A stretch of 63,996 nucleotides of DNA, filler included, from Octopus bimaculoides (lineage: Eukaryota): the NCBI RefSeq assembly GCF_001194135.2. It is 6 parts of 6 records of this genome, joined end to end, with 100 filler letters (N's around TTAATTAATTAA, not from the genome) between each part and the next. Parts side by side here need not be neighbours in the genome. Positions count along the whole stretch, not along the records: positions 46,169 to 58,483 come from NC_068984.1; positions 58,584 to 60,681 come from NW_026315579.1; positions 60,782 to 62,886 come from NC_068999.1; positions 62,987 to 63,996 come from NW_026299964.1; 2 more parts are not named here. The stretch is one strand, 5' to 3'. Shown here in pieces: positions 52,173 to 63,996 of this stretch (position 1 is the first letter of the stretch; every line of letters begins with the position of its first letter). The position numbers and the translations under genes are program-made. The notes beneath the pieces are model-generated. The model worked only from the letters and a program-made list of their open reading frames with translations. It made no database searches and was not told the origin of the DNA.

Positions 52173-52764
52173 CAACAACAACAACAACAACAATAATAAT
52201 AATATTATTATCAATAATAATAACAACAATAATAATGGGTCGATTCAATTGATTATACCCCTCCTCTCTACCTTTGTCACCTTGTGCCAGTGTAAGAAAT
52301 CAATATTATAAATCAAGTCATGAAATAACTGCTGAAGATTTAAACAATAAAGATTTCTCTCTTTCAGTCTCTCCTCTCTCTCTGTCACTCTATTTTTTCT
52401 CTCTCTCTCTTTCCCTCAGATGCACACACATACACACACATACACACACACACACACAATCTGCTGTGTTAATAGAAACAGACACCCAAACATATTGATT
52501 CAAGTTCTGATTTGTTAATTCAATTTAAAGTGTTAAATAAAGATTTAGGATTTCGTAGGGAAAAATTATATTATATAACCACTAGAAATAAGATTTCGCA
52601 AATTCCGAATTTCCACACTGCTTCATTTAGCTGAAGCAACAAATTATAATCCTCATTGCCATTATGTCATCTCAACCATCATCATTATCATCGACAACAA
52701 CTATGGCAATATGGTAGAGTACTATAATTAGATCTTGTTTACAATTGATTAAAATAAAATAAAA

Positions 52765-52918
52765 GGAAAGAGAGACAGAGAAAGAGAGAGAGAGAGACAG
52801 AGAAAGAGAGAGAGAGAGACAGAGAAAGAGAGAGACAGAGACAGAGAAAGAGAGAGAGAGAGACAGAGAAAGAGAGAGAGAGAGACAGAGAAAGAGAGAG
52901 AGAGAGACAGAGAAAGAG
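52765..52918. repeat. (GA)-rich compound repeat (gagacagagaaagagagaga)n
   Basis: Direct. Confidence 0.95.
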
Positions 52919-53455
52919 GACATAATTATTGTGAGATTAAGTTACTGGACTACTGATTGCATGGTCAAGAGATGAAACCTTAGTGCTGTCTGTGATGTTC
53001 CATTGGACAAGATGCAGATATATTTCTCTTTTGTTTTGTTTTTTTCAATTTGCCTAACTGACAGAATAATAAAAAAAAAAAAGTAGGGTCCATGTCATTT
53101 TCACATGAGAGGGGTTAATGTAAGAAATTGCTCCGATGAAAACCCTCCTACTAATCCCCCTCTTCTTCCTCCTCCGCCTCCTCCTCGTTATTGCCACTAC
53201 TACTGCCATCACGTTTGTTGTCATTATCATCGTCATCATCATCATCATAATCATAATCATCATCATCATTACCATAATCATCATCATCAACATCTGTTTT
53301 CCCTGCTGGCATGAGTTGGATGGTTTGACAGGAACTGGCTAGCTTGAAGACTACACTTAGCTTGACTAGCAGATTTGGCATCGTTTCTGCAGCTGGATGC
53401 CCATCCTAATGCCAATAGCAGCAAAAAAAAAAAACAATTAATATTTAATTTAAAC

Positions 53456-54185
53456 AAGGTGGTGAGCTGGCAAAACTGTTAGCATGTCAAGCAAAATGCT
53501 TAGCAGCATTTCATCCATCTTTACATTCTGGGTTCAAATTCCACTGAAATCGACTTTGCTACTTAACCTTTCAGGGTTGATAAAACAAGTACCAATTGTG
53601 TACTGGGGATAATGCAATTGACTTATCCCCTCCCATAAAATTTCAGGTCTTGTAGCTATAATAGAAAGGATTATCGTTAGTCAATCATAAGGCAGTGAGC
53701 TGGCAGAACCATTAGCACACTGGGCAAAATGCTTAGCGGCATTTCGCCTGTCTTTATGTTCTGAGTTCAAATTCTGCCGAGGTTGACTTTGCCATTCATC
53801 CTTTTTGGGGTCGATAAAATAAATATCAGTTGAGCACTAGGGTCGATGTAATCTATTTCCCCCTGCCCAAGAATTGTTGGCCTTGTTTTAAAATTTGAAA
53901 TCAATATTTAATTTAGACCATTAATAAGCAATGGAAATGATATGCCAACCACTTGTTGTATTAATGTAATTACTTCTAATTTAAGCAGAAGGTTTGAAAT
54001 GTTGAGGAGAGGGGATTAGTCAATTACATCGACTCCAGTGCATGACTGGTACTTTGCTTCATCAACTCTAGGAGATGAAAAGAAAAGTAAAATTGACTAG
54101 GGTAGGATTGGAACTCAGAATGTAAAAGACCAAAATAAATAGTGTGAAGCATTGTGGCAAAACAGTAGCAATTCTGCAAATCCAA
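53456..54185. mobile_element. Cluster of three CpG-decayed family-A SINEs (53456-53680 +, 53690-53900 +, 54005-54185 -)
   Basis: Each has the gagctggca..gcttagc..gttcaaatt..tttgc..gataaa..accagt pattern with many TG/CA substitutions at CG positions. Confidence 0.8.
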
Positions 54186-54198
54186 ACCACCCTCCTTG

Positions 54199-54458
54199 GA
54201 GTGGTTCTCAACTATTTTTGTAATCTATGGATCCCTTTGATTTCTATTTTTCTTCAGTGGAACTTCATAGCTTTTCGATGTTTAAAAAATCCTATTATAT
54301 CTTTATAATTAAATATTATTAGGAATTGAATAAAAACAATTGTTAAAATATTTTGTGTATTGTACAAGTATAACCAATTGATTGCACATAAATTTTAACA
54401 ACAAAATCTTATCTGGACCCTCCACAAGGGTCATATGGTCCCTGGTTGAGAACCACTG
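54199..54458. mobile_element. hAT (Charlie-like) MITE
   Basis: Termini AGTGGTTCTCAAC ... GTTGAGAACCACTG; no clear 8-bp TSD. Confidence 0.7.
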
Positions 54459-57408
54459 CTCTTCACAGTCATCCAATCCATTTGGAGACCATTCGTTTGT
54501 TCTGTTATTAAGGACAAATTGCCAAACACAGAAGACAGTGTTAGCTATGTCTAGAGATTTGATCAAATGAAGAGACATTTCAGAAATATGTTTAAATGAA
54601 TATGATATTGTAATATGAGATGTTAGTCTTCTTGGTATTGTGTTCAAATCAAATAAAGATACACCATTGGTTATTTGAGCTGTACAGTACACATAATTCT
54701 ACAGATGCCTTATAGTTCTCCTATCTGTTACAGAAGAAATACCTTGATCATGTGGGAATGTTACCCAAGATAGAGATGTTTCTCATCCTAAAATAATGCT
54801 ATGCAACTGAGGACTAAGTATCTACCATTAAAAGCACTTAGGGGCTTAAGAAATATTAGCATTTTACAAATGTTAAAGTACAAGCTAACCTTATAAAATA
54901 AAGATTAAATGTTGACCTAGGCTAATGTTACATTGAGCTAGATGATTGATGGCTACCATTATTATTGCTGCTGAGTAGTTCTTATTATCTCTGCTTCAGT
55001 AGATATTTGGCACTGATATGTTCCATAGATGAAGCATTCAATGAATATGTCTTGTTACAATCATCAATCTTAACTATAGAACACAATGTCCTGAAATTAA
55101 CGACCTAAATCACAGTCTTCATTATAAAGATGACATTGAGTCTGTTGAAGGAATTCACTGGAAATTCTTTTAGAATGTTTTCTCGAACGGTGACTTTAAT
55201 ATCATAAGTCTTCTCAAAGAGAGTAACCGATGTGATTAAACAATAACAAGTCTAAATATTTACAGAGCAAGTCAGACAAGAAAGAGAAACAATAAGTAGT
55301 TGGCAAATGCTAATTCCTCTAAAGGCAATACCAAAAATATGATTAAGCTTATAAAAGATAAATATAACCTTGGGTGGGCTGCTACTCAACTCATTATAGG
55401 TAAGATACCCAAATGTTGGTACCTATTCTCAATGACTAAGTGAATTAAGTGCACAGAATTTAGCAGACTGCCCCAAAACAAACAAGAAGTTCCTTCAGTA
55501 GATTTAACCCTGTAGCATTACTCTATGTAGAAATTACTCTATCAAATGTAAGGCTTTATTAAATATAAGTTATTTAAGTAGAGAGTGATATCACTTAACA
55601 AGAGATTAGAGGTAGGATCTAATTACTGTCAATAGAGAATGTTCCAACTGGACTGTTTCCAGACAACTGAAAGTCCAAAGCTTATTTATTGATGTTCAAA
55701 GGAATCAGATTTAGCAAGAATCAAAGATTGGTTGCCCATTGATAACAATAAGTCTGGATAGGGTAGTTTCTCTTACACTACAGGAGTTAAGCCAGTTATA
55801 CATTTGGCCTGCCAGGTATTCAACCTCATGACCCATTTTGACCAATGAGAACTTGATTTGCTAATTTAGTGTATTGCAGACATAGCTTCATTCACCATAT
55901 ATTGTCAGACTGATCGCATATATATCTTATGTGTGTTGTGTGAGACTCTTAGAAATTCTCAATGAATTTAATCTGTCTGCCTTTAGTAAGCCTTGTTTGA
56001 CCCATACAAATACAGGAAAGTAGACTTTAAAACAATCACAATGATGAAATAATAATAACGATGATGATGCTGATAGACCATGTCTCCAAAAAGCATTGGA
56101 GCTTCATTAAAAGTACTGGTGCCACATAAAAAGCACCATGTAAAGTGGTCGGCATTAAGAAGGGCATCTAGCTGTAGAAACTAGGCCAAAGCAGGCAATG
56201 GAATCTTCTCAACCATCCAACCCATGCCAGCATGGAAGAGGGACATTAAATAATGATGATGATGATGATGATGATAATGGTGATGATATATATCATATAT
56301 CATATATAAATCGATAAATTATGAAACAGAAGACATAATAAATACACTGGGTGGGCTGGAGTGATAGAATGGAACTCAATCAAATATAAAATCCCTCACA
56401 AAAGAGAAGGTGGCCTTTGTGTGCCTCAGAAAAAAGAAAATCATCACTAGTTCAATATTAATCTGTGTTCATGATAGTAATTTCCAGAATATTTAATACA
56501 CACACACACACACACACATATGCATGTATANNNNNNNNNNNNNNNNNNNNNNNNNNNNNNNNNNNNNNNNNNNNNNNNNNNNNNNNNNNNNNNNNNNNNN
56601 NNNNNNNNNNNNNNNNNNNNNNNNNNNNNNNNNNNNNNNNNNNNNNNNNNNNNNNNNNNNNNNNNNNNNNNNNNNNNNNNNNNNNNNNNNNNNNNNNNNN
56701 NNNNNNNNNNNNNNNNNNNNNNNNNNNNNNNNNNNNNNNNNNNNNNNNNNNNNNNNNNNNNNNNNNNNNNNNNNNNNNNNNNNNNNNNNNNNNNNNNNNN
56801 NNNNNNNNNNNNNNNNNNNNNNNNNNNNNNNNNNNNNNNNNNNNNNNNNNNNNNNNNNNNNNNNNNNNNNNNNNNNNNNNNNNNNNNNNNNNNNNNNNNN
56901 NNNNNNNNNNNNNNNNNNNNNNNNNNNNNNNNNNNNNNNNNNNNNNNNNNNNNNNNNNNNNNNNNNNNNNNNNNNNNNNNNNNNNNNNNNNNNNNNNNNN
57001 NNNNNNNNNNNNNNNNNNNNNNNNNNNNNNNNNNNNNNNNNNNNNNNNNNNNNNNNNNNNNNNNNNNNNNNNNNNNNNNNNNNNNNNNNNNNNNNNNNNN
57101 NNNNNNNNNNNNNNNNNNNNNNNNNNNNNNNNNNNNNNNNNNNNNNNNNNNNNNNNNNNNNNNNNNNNNNNNNNNNNNNNNNNNNNNNNNNNNNNNNNNN
57201 NNNNNNNNNNNNNNNNNNNNNNNNNNNNNNNNNNNNNNNNNNNNNNNNNNNNNNNNNNNNNNNNNNNNNNNNNNNNNNNNNNNNNNNNNNNNNNNNNNNN
57301 NNNNNNNNNNNNTATATATATATGTTTATAGATGGGTAGATAGATATCTTTTTATTATAGCCACACAGGGCTAAATACAGAAAATGGACAAATTACAAAG
57401 TAGATAGG

Positions 57409-57463
<55 letters not shown>

Positions 57464-58157
57464 TGGATGAGTGAGAGAGAGACAGAGACAGAGGGGTAGT
57501 GTCTTTTATAATAGTTATCCAGTCTATGACTATGAAATCTACCAAGATGTTTTAGTGTAGGTGTGTATTTTTTTTTTTCTTTTTTGCTTTTGATTCTCAT
57601 CCTCTCAACTAGTTCTTTCTTGTTAGTGTTGAGCAAATGAAGCTGTTTTCTATCACATCGCTTTTAAGTACTGAGATAATCTTCTCTTATGATGCCCTCT
57701 TCTTCACCCCTCCCATATGGCTATAGTCTGATGACTGGAAGCAGAAGATAATTAAAGGAAAAAAGCAATTATTTTGAAGAACAAGAGCAGTTCTGTAAAT
57801 TTGTTTGTTTGTTTGTTTGTTTATTGTTGGTATTATTTTTCATCATTACTAAATTAAAATTATCATAACAATCTGATGAGGGTTAATACAGTCAAAAATA
57901 AATTTAAATAGTTCCTGGCTGGTTGCTGCTAGAAAGGGCAAAATGGGTTGCATGGGAACAGCCAGAAGTGGAGGGCATATGTGAGGAAGAAAGACCCCCA
58001 CCCCCAACTCCAAAAGGCCTATCAAGTTCAGAATTTGGTAAGCAGGAGATAGTGTGAGATTAACAGACAAATAAGAGATAACTACAGCAAGTATGTTTCG
58101 AAAGGTGTGAAACACATTCACACAACCAGTAGATTTTTTTTTTATCCCCATAGAGAC

Positions 58158-58320
58158 AGGCGTGGCTGTGTGGTAAGAAATTTGCTGCTCAACTTCATGG
58201 TTCTGAGTTCAGTCTCACTGAGTGGTATCTTGGTCAGTGCCTTCTATTATAGCTCTGGGCTGACCAATACCTTGTGAGCAAATTCAGAAGATGGAAACAG
58301 AAATAAATCTGTGGCATATA
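58158..58320 (+). mobile_element. SINE family B, 5' half, CpG-decayed
   Basis: ggcgtggctgtgtggtaagaa..ggttctgagttcagtctcactg..tattatagctctgggctgaccaa. Confidence 0.75.
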
Positions 58321-58723
58321 TATATATATATATATATATAATTTTAGGGAAAAGAACCAAGGTTCATGAACTTATCGATGAAAATCCAATACTGTGAAAC
58401 TTAATTTAATTTTAATTTTTAATAAATTGATTTTAATTGAGTTTTTGCCTGTAATTTTGGATTTTTATCCCTAATATTATATANNNNNNNNNNNNNNNNN
58501 NNNNNNNNNNNNNNNNNNNNNNNNNNNTTAATTAATTAANNNNNNNNNNNNNNNNNNNNNNNNNNNNNNNNNNNNNNNNNNNNTAATGTCAGAGCTGTGA
58601 AATCTTGCATGGGTTAATTTCAACTCCTCTTATTGAGGATTGCATTGTTTCTTTCCTGGTAAACTGACATCTCACTATTAAAAGAAGACTTCAAAAGTAA
58701 CTGGTAGCAAGTTCTCTTGGAAA

Positions 58724-59765
58724 TCAACCAAATTTGGCTTTGCAGTGTTATCAAGTATTTGCAGAAAAAGGGCTTTAGCCCCCCCAAAACATTCCTGCTG
58801 ACATAGTTGCTACATTAGGGGATGGACACTCCAGTTTTTTCAACATCACAAACGTGAGCAGCTGAATTTAGGAGGGAGAGGGAGAGTTTTGAAGCTGGCC
58901 CAAGGTCTGGACGTTCTGTATCTCTCACTATTGAGAAAAGTATTAATCGTGTTCACCATATATGGTCATGGATGATAGGTGATTGACTACAAATCAAATA
59001 GCCAAATATTGTTAACATATTCCATGATAGAGTTGAGAATATTTTGCACAATGATCATGGCATGATGAATATTTCTGTTTGGTAGGTGCCACATCTTCTG
59101 ACACCTGAACAAAAGCACATGAGGCTGACCACATCACCAGAAAATCTGACATTGTTTCAGTCAGACCCATCTGGCTTCCTTGAACATTTCCTAACCCAAG
59201 ACGAGTGTTGAGTTCATCACTTTGAGCCAGAGACAAAGAGACAATCCATTAGTGGAAACACTCCTCCTCACATGCTTCAAAGAAGACCAAAGTAGTTTCA
59301 TTTGCAGGGAAGGTGATGACCTCAGTTTTTGGGGATGCAAAAGGCATTGTGTTTATTAACTTCAAAAGGGTCACACTATCAATGAAAGTTAGGAAAGGCT
59401 ATGAAGACCAAACGCCCAGGTAAACTGACAAAAAGGATCTTGTTTCACCAAGACAATACTTCAGCACACAGGTCCTTGGCTTCAATGGTTTCTGGGCATG
59501 ACTCTGGTTTTAACATGGTTCATTGGCTTCCCTATTCTCTTGATTTGGCCCCATCTGACTATCATCTGTTCCTCAACATGAAAANNNNNNNNNNAAAACC
59601 CCACTTGGCTGGAAACCATTATCACAGTGATGGTGACGTAATATCTGCTGTTTATAACTTTTTTTTGAGCAACAAGATGAAAGCCTCATCATCACTAGGA
59701 ACCAAGCACTGCAACACCAATGGAAGGTATGTGTGAACCACAAAGGGATGTACGTTGTAAAATAA
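58724..59765 (+). pseudogene. mariner DD34D transposase pseudogene (near full length; stops and frameshifts)
   Basis: VIKYLQKKG, (W)VPHLLTPEQK, LTQDEC*VHHFEPETKRQS, AGKVM.SVFGDAKG, HQDNTSAH and PYSLDLAPSDYHLF; 34 residues between the second and third catalytic D. Confidence 0.92.
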
Positions 59766-59904
59766 ACCTCATTTGGTCACATTCCATGAGAGTATGTAAC
59801 AATATTCTTTGAAGGCATTTAGTTAATTTCAATGGGGAAAATTGATCTCTAAAACGAGTAAATCGTAAAACGAGGTATCACTGTATAACCGATTGTATTG
59901 TACA

Positions 59905-60320
59905 TCAGGCCTGAAAATTGGGAGGAGGAGAGCCAGTCAGTTACATCGATCTCCAACACTTATTTCATCACCCCAAAACTCTATGGAGTGGTAAGGGCGG
60001 CACTTTTCATCCTATNNNNNNNNNNNNNNNNNNNNNNNNNNNNNNNNNNNNNNNNNNNNNNNNNNNNNNNNNNNNNNNNNNNNNNNNNNNNNNNNNNNNN
60101 NNNNNNNNNNNNNNNNNNNNNNNNNNNAAACCGAAGAGCCGCCCTGGGCGGCACACACATTCTAGCTACGCTAGTGCCCCGAAAGGATGGCTGGCAAAGT
60201 CGACCTCGGTGGAATTTGAACTCATAACGTAACAATAGACGAAANNNNNNNNNNAAAGTCGACCTCGGTGGAATTTGAACTCATAACGTAACAATAGACG
60301 AAATACCGGGAAGAAGAAAG
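59905..60320 (-). mobile_element. SINE family A (gapped; partly duplicated by assembly)
   Basis: ccccgaaaggatgg..caaagtcgacctcggtggaatttgaactca. Confidence 0.75.
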
Positions 60321-60904
60321 AGACGCAAAATCCATTGGAAGTCAGATTGCTGAGCAATAAATTCTGTTGGCCATAACAATGGCTACAACAGCAGTGACAA
60401 CAATAATAGCTACGAAGTAAAAAAAAAGAAAAGAAAAGGAAGTTATTTGAAAGCGATTTTAATTAATTTAGCCGTGACCTGAAATATGGAGATGGGTGTT
60501 TGGGTGTGCGTAGGATCGGGTGACTGTTTATAAGTGTGTGTGTGTGTGTTTGTGTGAGTGCAACTTTATCTCCGTGTGTAAATGTACGTGTCTTTATAGT
60601 TTGTGTGTGGAGGAGATGCAAATATCCGTCGATAACATAAACTAATATACATTCGACTACATGTGTGTATATATATATATANNNNNNNNNNNNNNNNNNN
60701 NNNNNNNNNNNNNNNNNNNNNNNNNTTAATTAATTAANNNNNNNNNNNNNNNNNNNNNNNNNNNNNNNNNNNNNNNNNNNNATATATGTAATGTATCATA
60801 TATACATACATGTTTTTATATGTATGCATGCATGTATATATATATATATATGTATATATGTGTATACATGCATGTATATATATACATATATATATATGTA
60901 TAAA

Positions 60905-60944
<40 letters not shown>

Positions 60945-61164
60945 TGTGTATTTGCGTATGCATTTATACATGCGGTGTTGTCGTCTTGATGTTATCTTGG
61001 TTATGTTATAAAATATTTTCATGCTAAAACGGTGACTAAGTTGAAATGCAATAAAGTCACGATGAGAAGGTTTTTTTTTTTTAATATATTTTTGTTGTTT
61101 AGATTTTTCTCCATGTTTTGTTGTTGTTTTATTTTCTTCTACACTCAATAATTTGAAGCAGATG

Positions 61165-61660
61165 ACGTGAATCGATACATATAACGACTTTAGCCGAATT
61201 CAAGCTACTTCCGACGGTATTTAGCGGACAGGACGCGATATGTAGTTGACAGGTCGTGATATCTAACCGTCAGGACTCGATATCTTCCCGACAAAAGTAG
61301 ATGCTTAATCGTCAAGGCAGTACTAACCGGTTATATTAAGCGGTAACATTAATAGACAATTCACGAAATATCCGAAAAAGCGACAAAATCCGGAAATACC
61401 CGACATTAGCTGCATAACATTAATCTCTAAGCGTGGCATTTACACCACAAAATACTTCTAAATACTCAAAAATGCTGATCGCAGGTGACATTAGTAGCGA
61501 TCATTATAATATTGACTGACAACATGAGATGTTAGTCGACAGCATAAGATATAAGCCGACAACTTTACGATATTAGCGGGCAACTTACGATATTAACCGA
61601 CTGTAGCCGGTATTAACCGATAAGTAGCGATATCAGCAGACAGCAAACAGCATTGGCCAT
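61165..61660. repeat. Highly degenerate ~20-21-bp tandem array (gatattagccgacaacttac-like)
   Basis: Direct: recurring gata(t)..(a/c)cga/ccg units at about 21-bp spacing in 61235-61330 and 61525-61645. Confidence 0.55.
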
Positions 61661-62029
61661 TAGCAGAAAACTACTAAATCGGTTAACATTGAAAATAAAA
61701 CAGCTTTTATTTTATTGAGATTTAGCAATATGAATGTTCTCATAACCTCTGAGATTCTTCGAATCAATACCATTTGCATTATAATGTTTTCCTCTTATCG
61801 TCTTAGAAACTGTCATTATGCATTATGGAAGCAGTGATCTATAATGCCAGAAACGAGATATTGGTAATTTGAAAGCAACTGAGTAACTAGGAATTGGTTT
61901 CGTTCATAATATTGGACAGCTTGAATATATTACATGTAAATAAATTATTTTAAATGTATTTTAGGACTTGTTGAGGCTTTTAGAAGTCAGCGAGAAAGTC
62001 CTGGTTTAATAAAATGAATCGGAAGAAAA

Positions 62030-62215
62030 ATGTATGTACCTGGATAGGATAGCAGCGTAACGCCAGTAGTATTCCTAGAGGAATCAATATTTGGTTGTTA
62101 GTCCCAGAAGAATGAAAGGCAAAACAAACTCGGCGGAATTTGAACTGAGAACGTAAAGCCAGACGAAACGTCGCGAAGCATTTTGTACGATTCTGCCAGC
62201 TCATCACCTCCGTTA
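62030..62215 (-). mobile_element. SINE family A, diverged
   Basis: gaaaggcaaa..ctcggcggaatttgaactgagaacgtaaag..gattctgccagctc. Confidence 0.75.
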
Positions 62216-63252
62216 AAAAATAAAAAAATGACGATGATGATGATGATGATGCTGATGATAACAACAACGATGGTTTGCTACAATTCTAGTGATTATCTTT
62301 TGTGAAGATGCCATTCTGTGAAGGTGCCATTTCTACTCTTCGCACAATTTTCACATCGGCACAGCGCAAAGTTCACAAACCTCTGTTGAATCCACGGCCC
62401 TAGCATATAACTGACATGTCAATATCGATACCAATGAGATTTGAACAGAGAGCATGAAGGGAGGTAACTCGATGCCACAAAGCATTTTATCCGGTAGTCT
62501 ACTGTCTCTCATCCATTTTCCCGTCCCTTAGACGCTTATTAATTGAATGAATCCTTCCAGAAGGTTCCACAGAGCGATGGCCGAATCGATTTTGCAACGT
62601 TATCTCTTGTTTTTCTGATTTTCAATTCCAAATTAATTTTCTTTTGTTATAAAGTTCGTTTAAATAAAATCATCCCAATATCCGCAAAATAATGCTGCTG
62701 CTGCTACTACATCTACTACCACTACTACTACCACTACTACTACCACTACTACTACTGACGATAATGATGATGACAATGCTGATGATGAAGACGATAATCC
62801 TCCTCTTCTTCCTACTCCCCTCCTCCATTCCTGCTTCTCTCCTCCTCCTCCGCTTCCCTCCTCCTCCCTTCCTGCTTTCTGCCTCCNNNNNNNNNNNNNN
62901 NNNNNNNNNNNNNNNNNNNNNNNNNNNNNNTTAATTAATTAANNNNNNNNNNNNNNNNNNNNNNNNNNNNNNNNNNNNNNNNNNNNTATATATATATATA
63001 TATATACATACACACACACACATACACACATACACATAGACTCACATACAGTCACATATCTACGTTTACATGAATTACGGAGTACATATGTACTCAATTA
63101 CTTGCTTCAACCCAGGGACGGCGGCCATGCTGGGGCATCGGCAGGAAGTTACATATACCATAATAATATATTTACTACTGCTACTGAAACTGCTCCTGCT
63201 GCTACTCTTTTATTTGTCTGTCTGTCCGTCTGTCTGTCTGTCTGTCCGTCCG

Positions 63253-63286
<34 letters not shown>

Positions 63287-63296
63287 CATCGCTCTG

Positions 63297-63343
<47 letters not shown>

Positions 63344-63396
63344 GTCTGTCTATCTATCTATCTATCTACCTACCTACCTACCTACCTACCTATCTA

Positions 63397-63430
<34 letters not shown>

Positions 63431-63475
63431 CCTCTATCTATCTATCTGTGTGTACGCACATTGCACATGCACACA

Positions 63476-63520
<45 letters not shown>

Positions 63521-63580
63521 ATATTTATGTATGCATCTATGTATGTATATATACATACATACAATTATATACATACATAC

Positions 63581-63614
<34 letters not shown>

Positions 63615-63721
63615 NNNNNNNNNNATATATATATATATATATATATAAACATATCTATAAAAACGCATACCCACATTCCTATTCGCACGTGCAATTTCCC
63701 ATACACAGTCTTATATAGACA

Positions 63722-63753
<32 letters not shown>

Positions 63754-63833
63754 CATACATATATGCGCACGCACTCATGTATAAATGCACGTGTCCACAC
63801 ACTCACACACACACATACAAAATACACATACAC

Positions 63834-63929
63834 GTACACATATACGCATATATACACACATACACGTACACATATACGCATATATACACACATACACGTA
63901 CACATATACGCATATATACACACATACAC
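63834..63929. repeat. 32-bp minisatellite x3 built from CA/TA microsatellite
   Basis: Direct: gtacacatatacgcatatatacacacatacac repeated three times. Confidence 0.9.
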
Positions 63930-63996
63930 GTACAAACGCATATACATACATTCATACACACACAGAGACACACACACACATATATCCATATATATA

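Noticed and set aside
54460-54700. ~76-codon open frame on the minus strand (NYVYCTAQITNGVSLFDLNTIPRR..)
   Set aside because: No good donor, runs into a hAT MITE, and no recognisable domain.

Overview
AT-rich, gap-riddled eukaryotic (metazoan) genomic window that is almost entirely non-coding. The repeat content (very dense di/tri/tetranucleotide microsatellites and tRNA-headed SINE families I recall from octopus) points to a coleoid cephalopod, probably Octopus; that assignment is from memory, not a search. No protein-coding gene could be identified. Nearly all listed ORFs are translations of microsatellites, SINEs or N-gaps. Supported content: four tRNA-derived SINE families (>25 copies or fragments); remnants of RTE, CR1/Zenon-like and R4/Dong LINEs; a decayed near-full-length DD34D mariner plus several other Tc1/mariner ends; a Chapaev3-like transposase interrupted by a LINE; piggyBac-type and hAT-type MITEs; a ~730-bp foldback element; and five artificial TTAATTAATTAA scaffold-join markers. 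Most interesting: (1) several different minimal type-I hammerhead-ribozyme-like motifs with palindromic stem III and non-canonical cores, in Penelope-like inverted repeats next to (TA)n tracts; (2) a ~12-kb block (48-60 kb) where repeats are CpG-depleted, suggesting gene-body methylation over an unrecognised gene; (3) a recurrent GTTTCT junction for SINE-into-SINE insertions. I did not find a demonstrably new biological system; these are testable leads.
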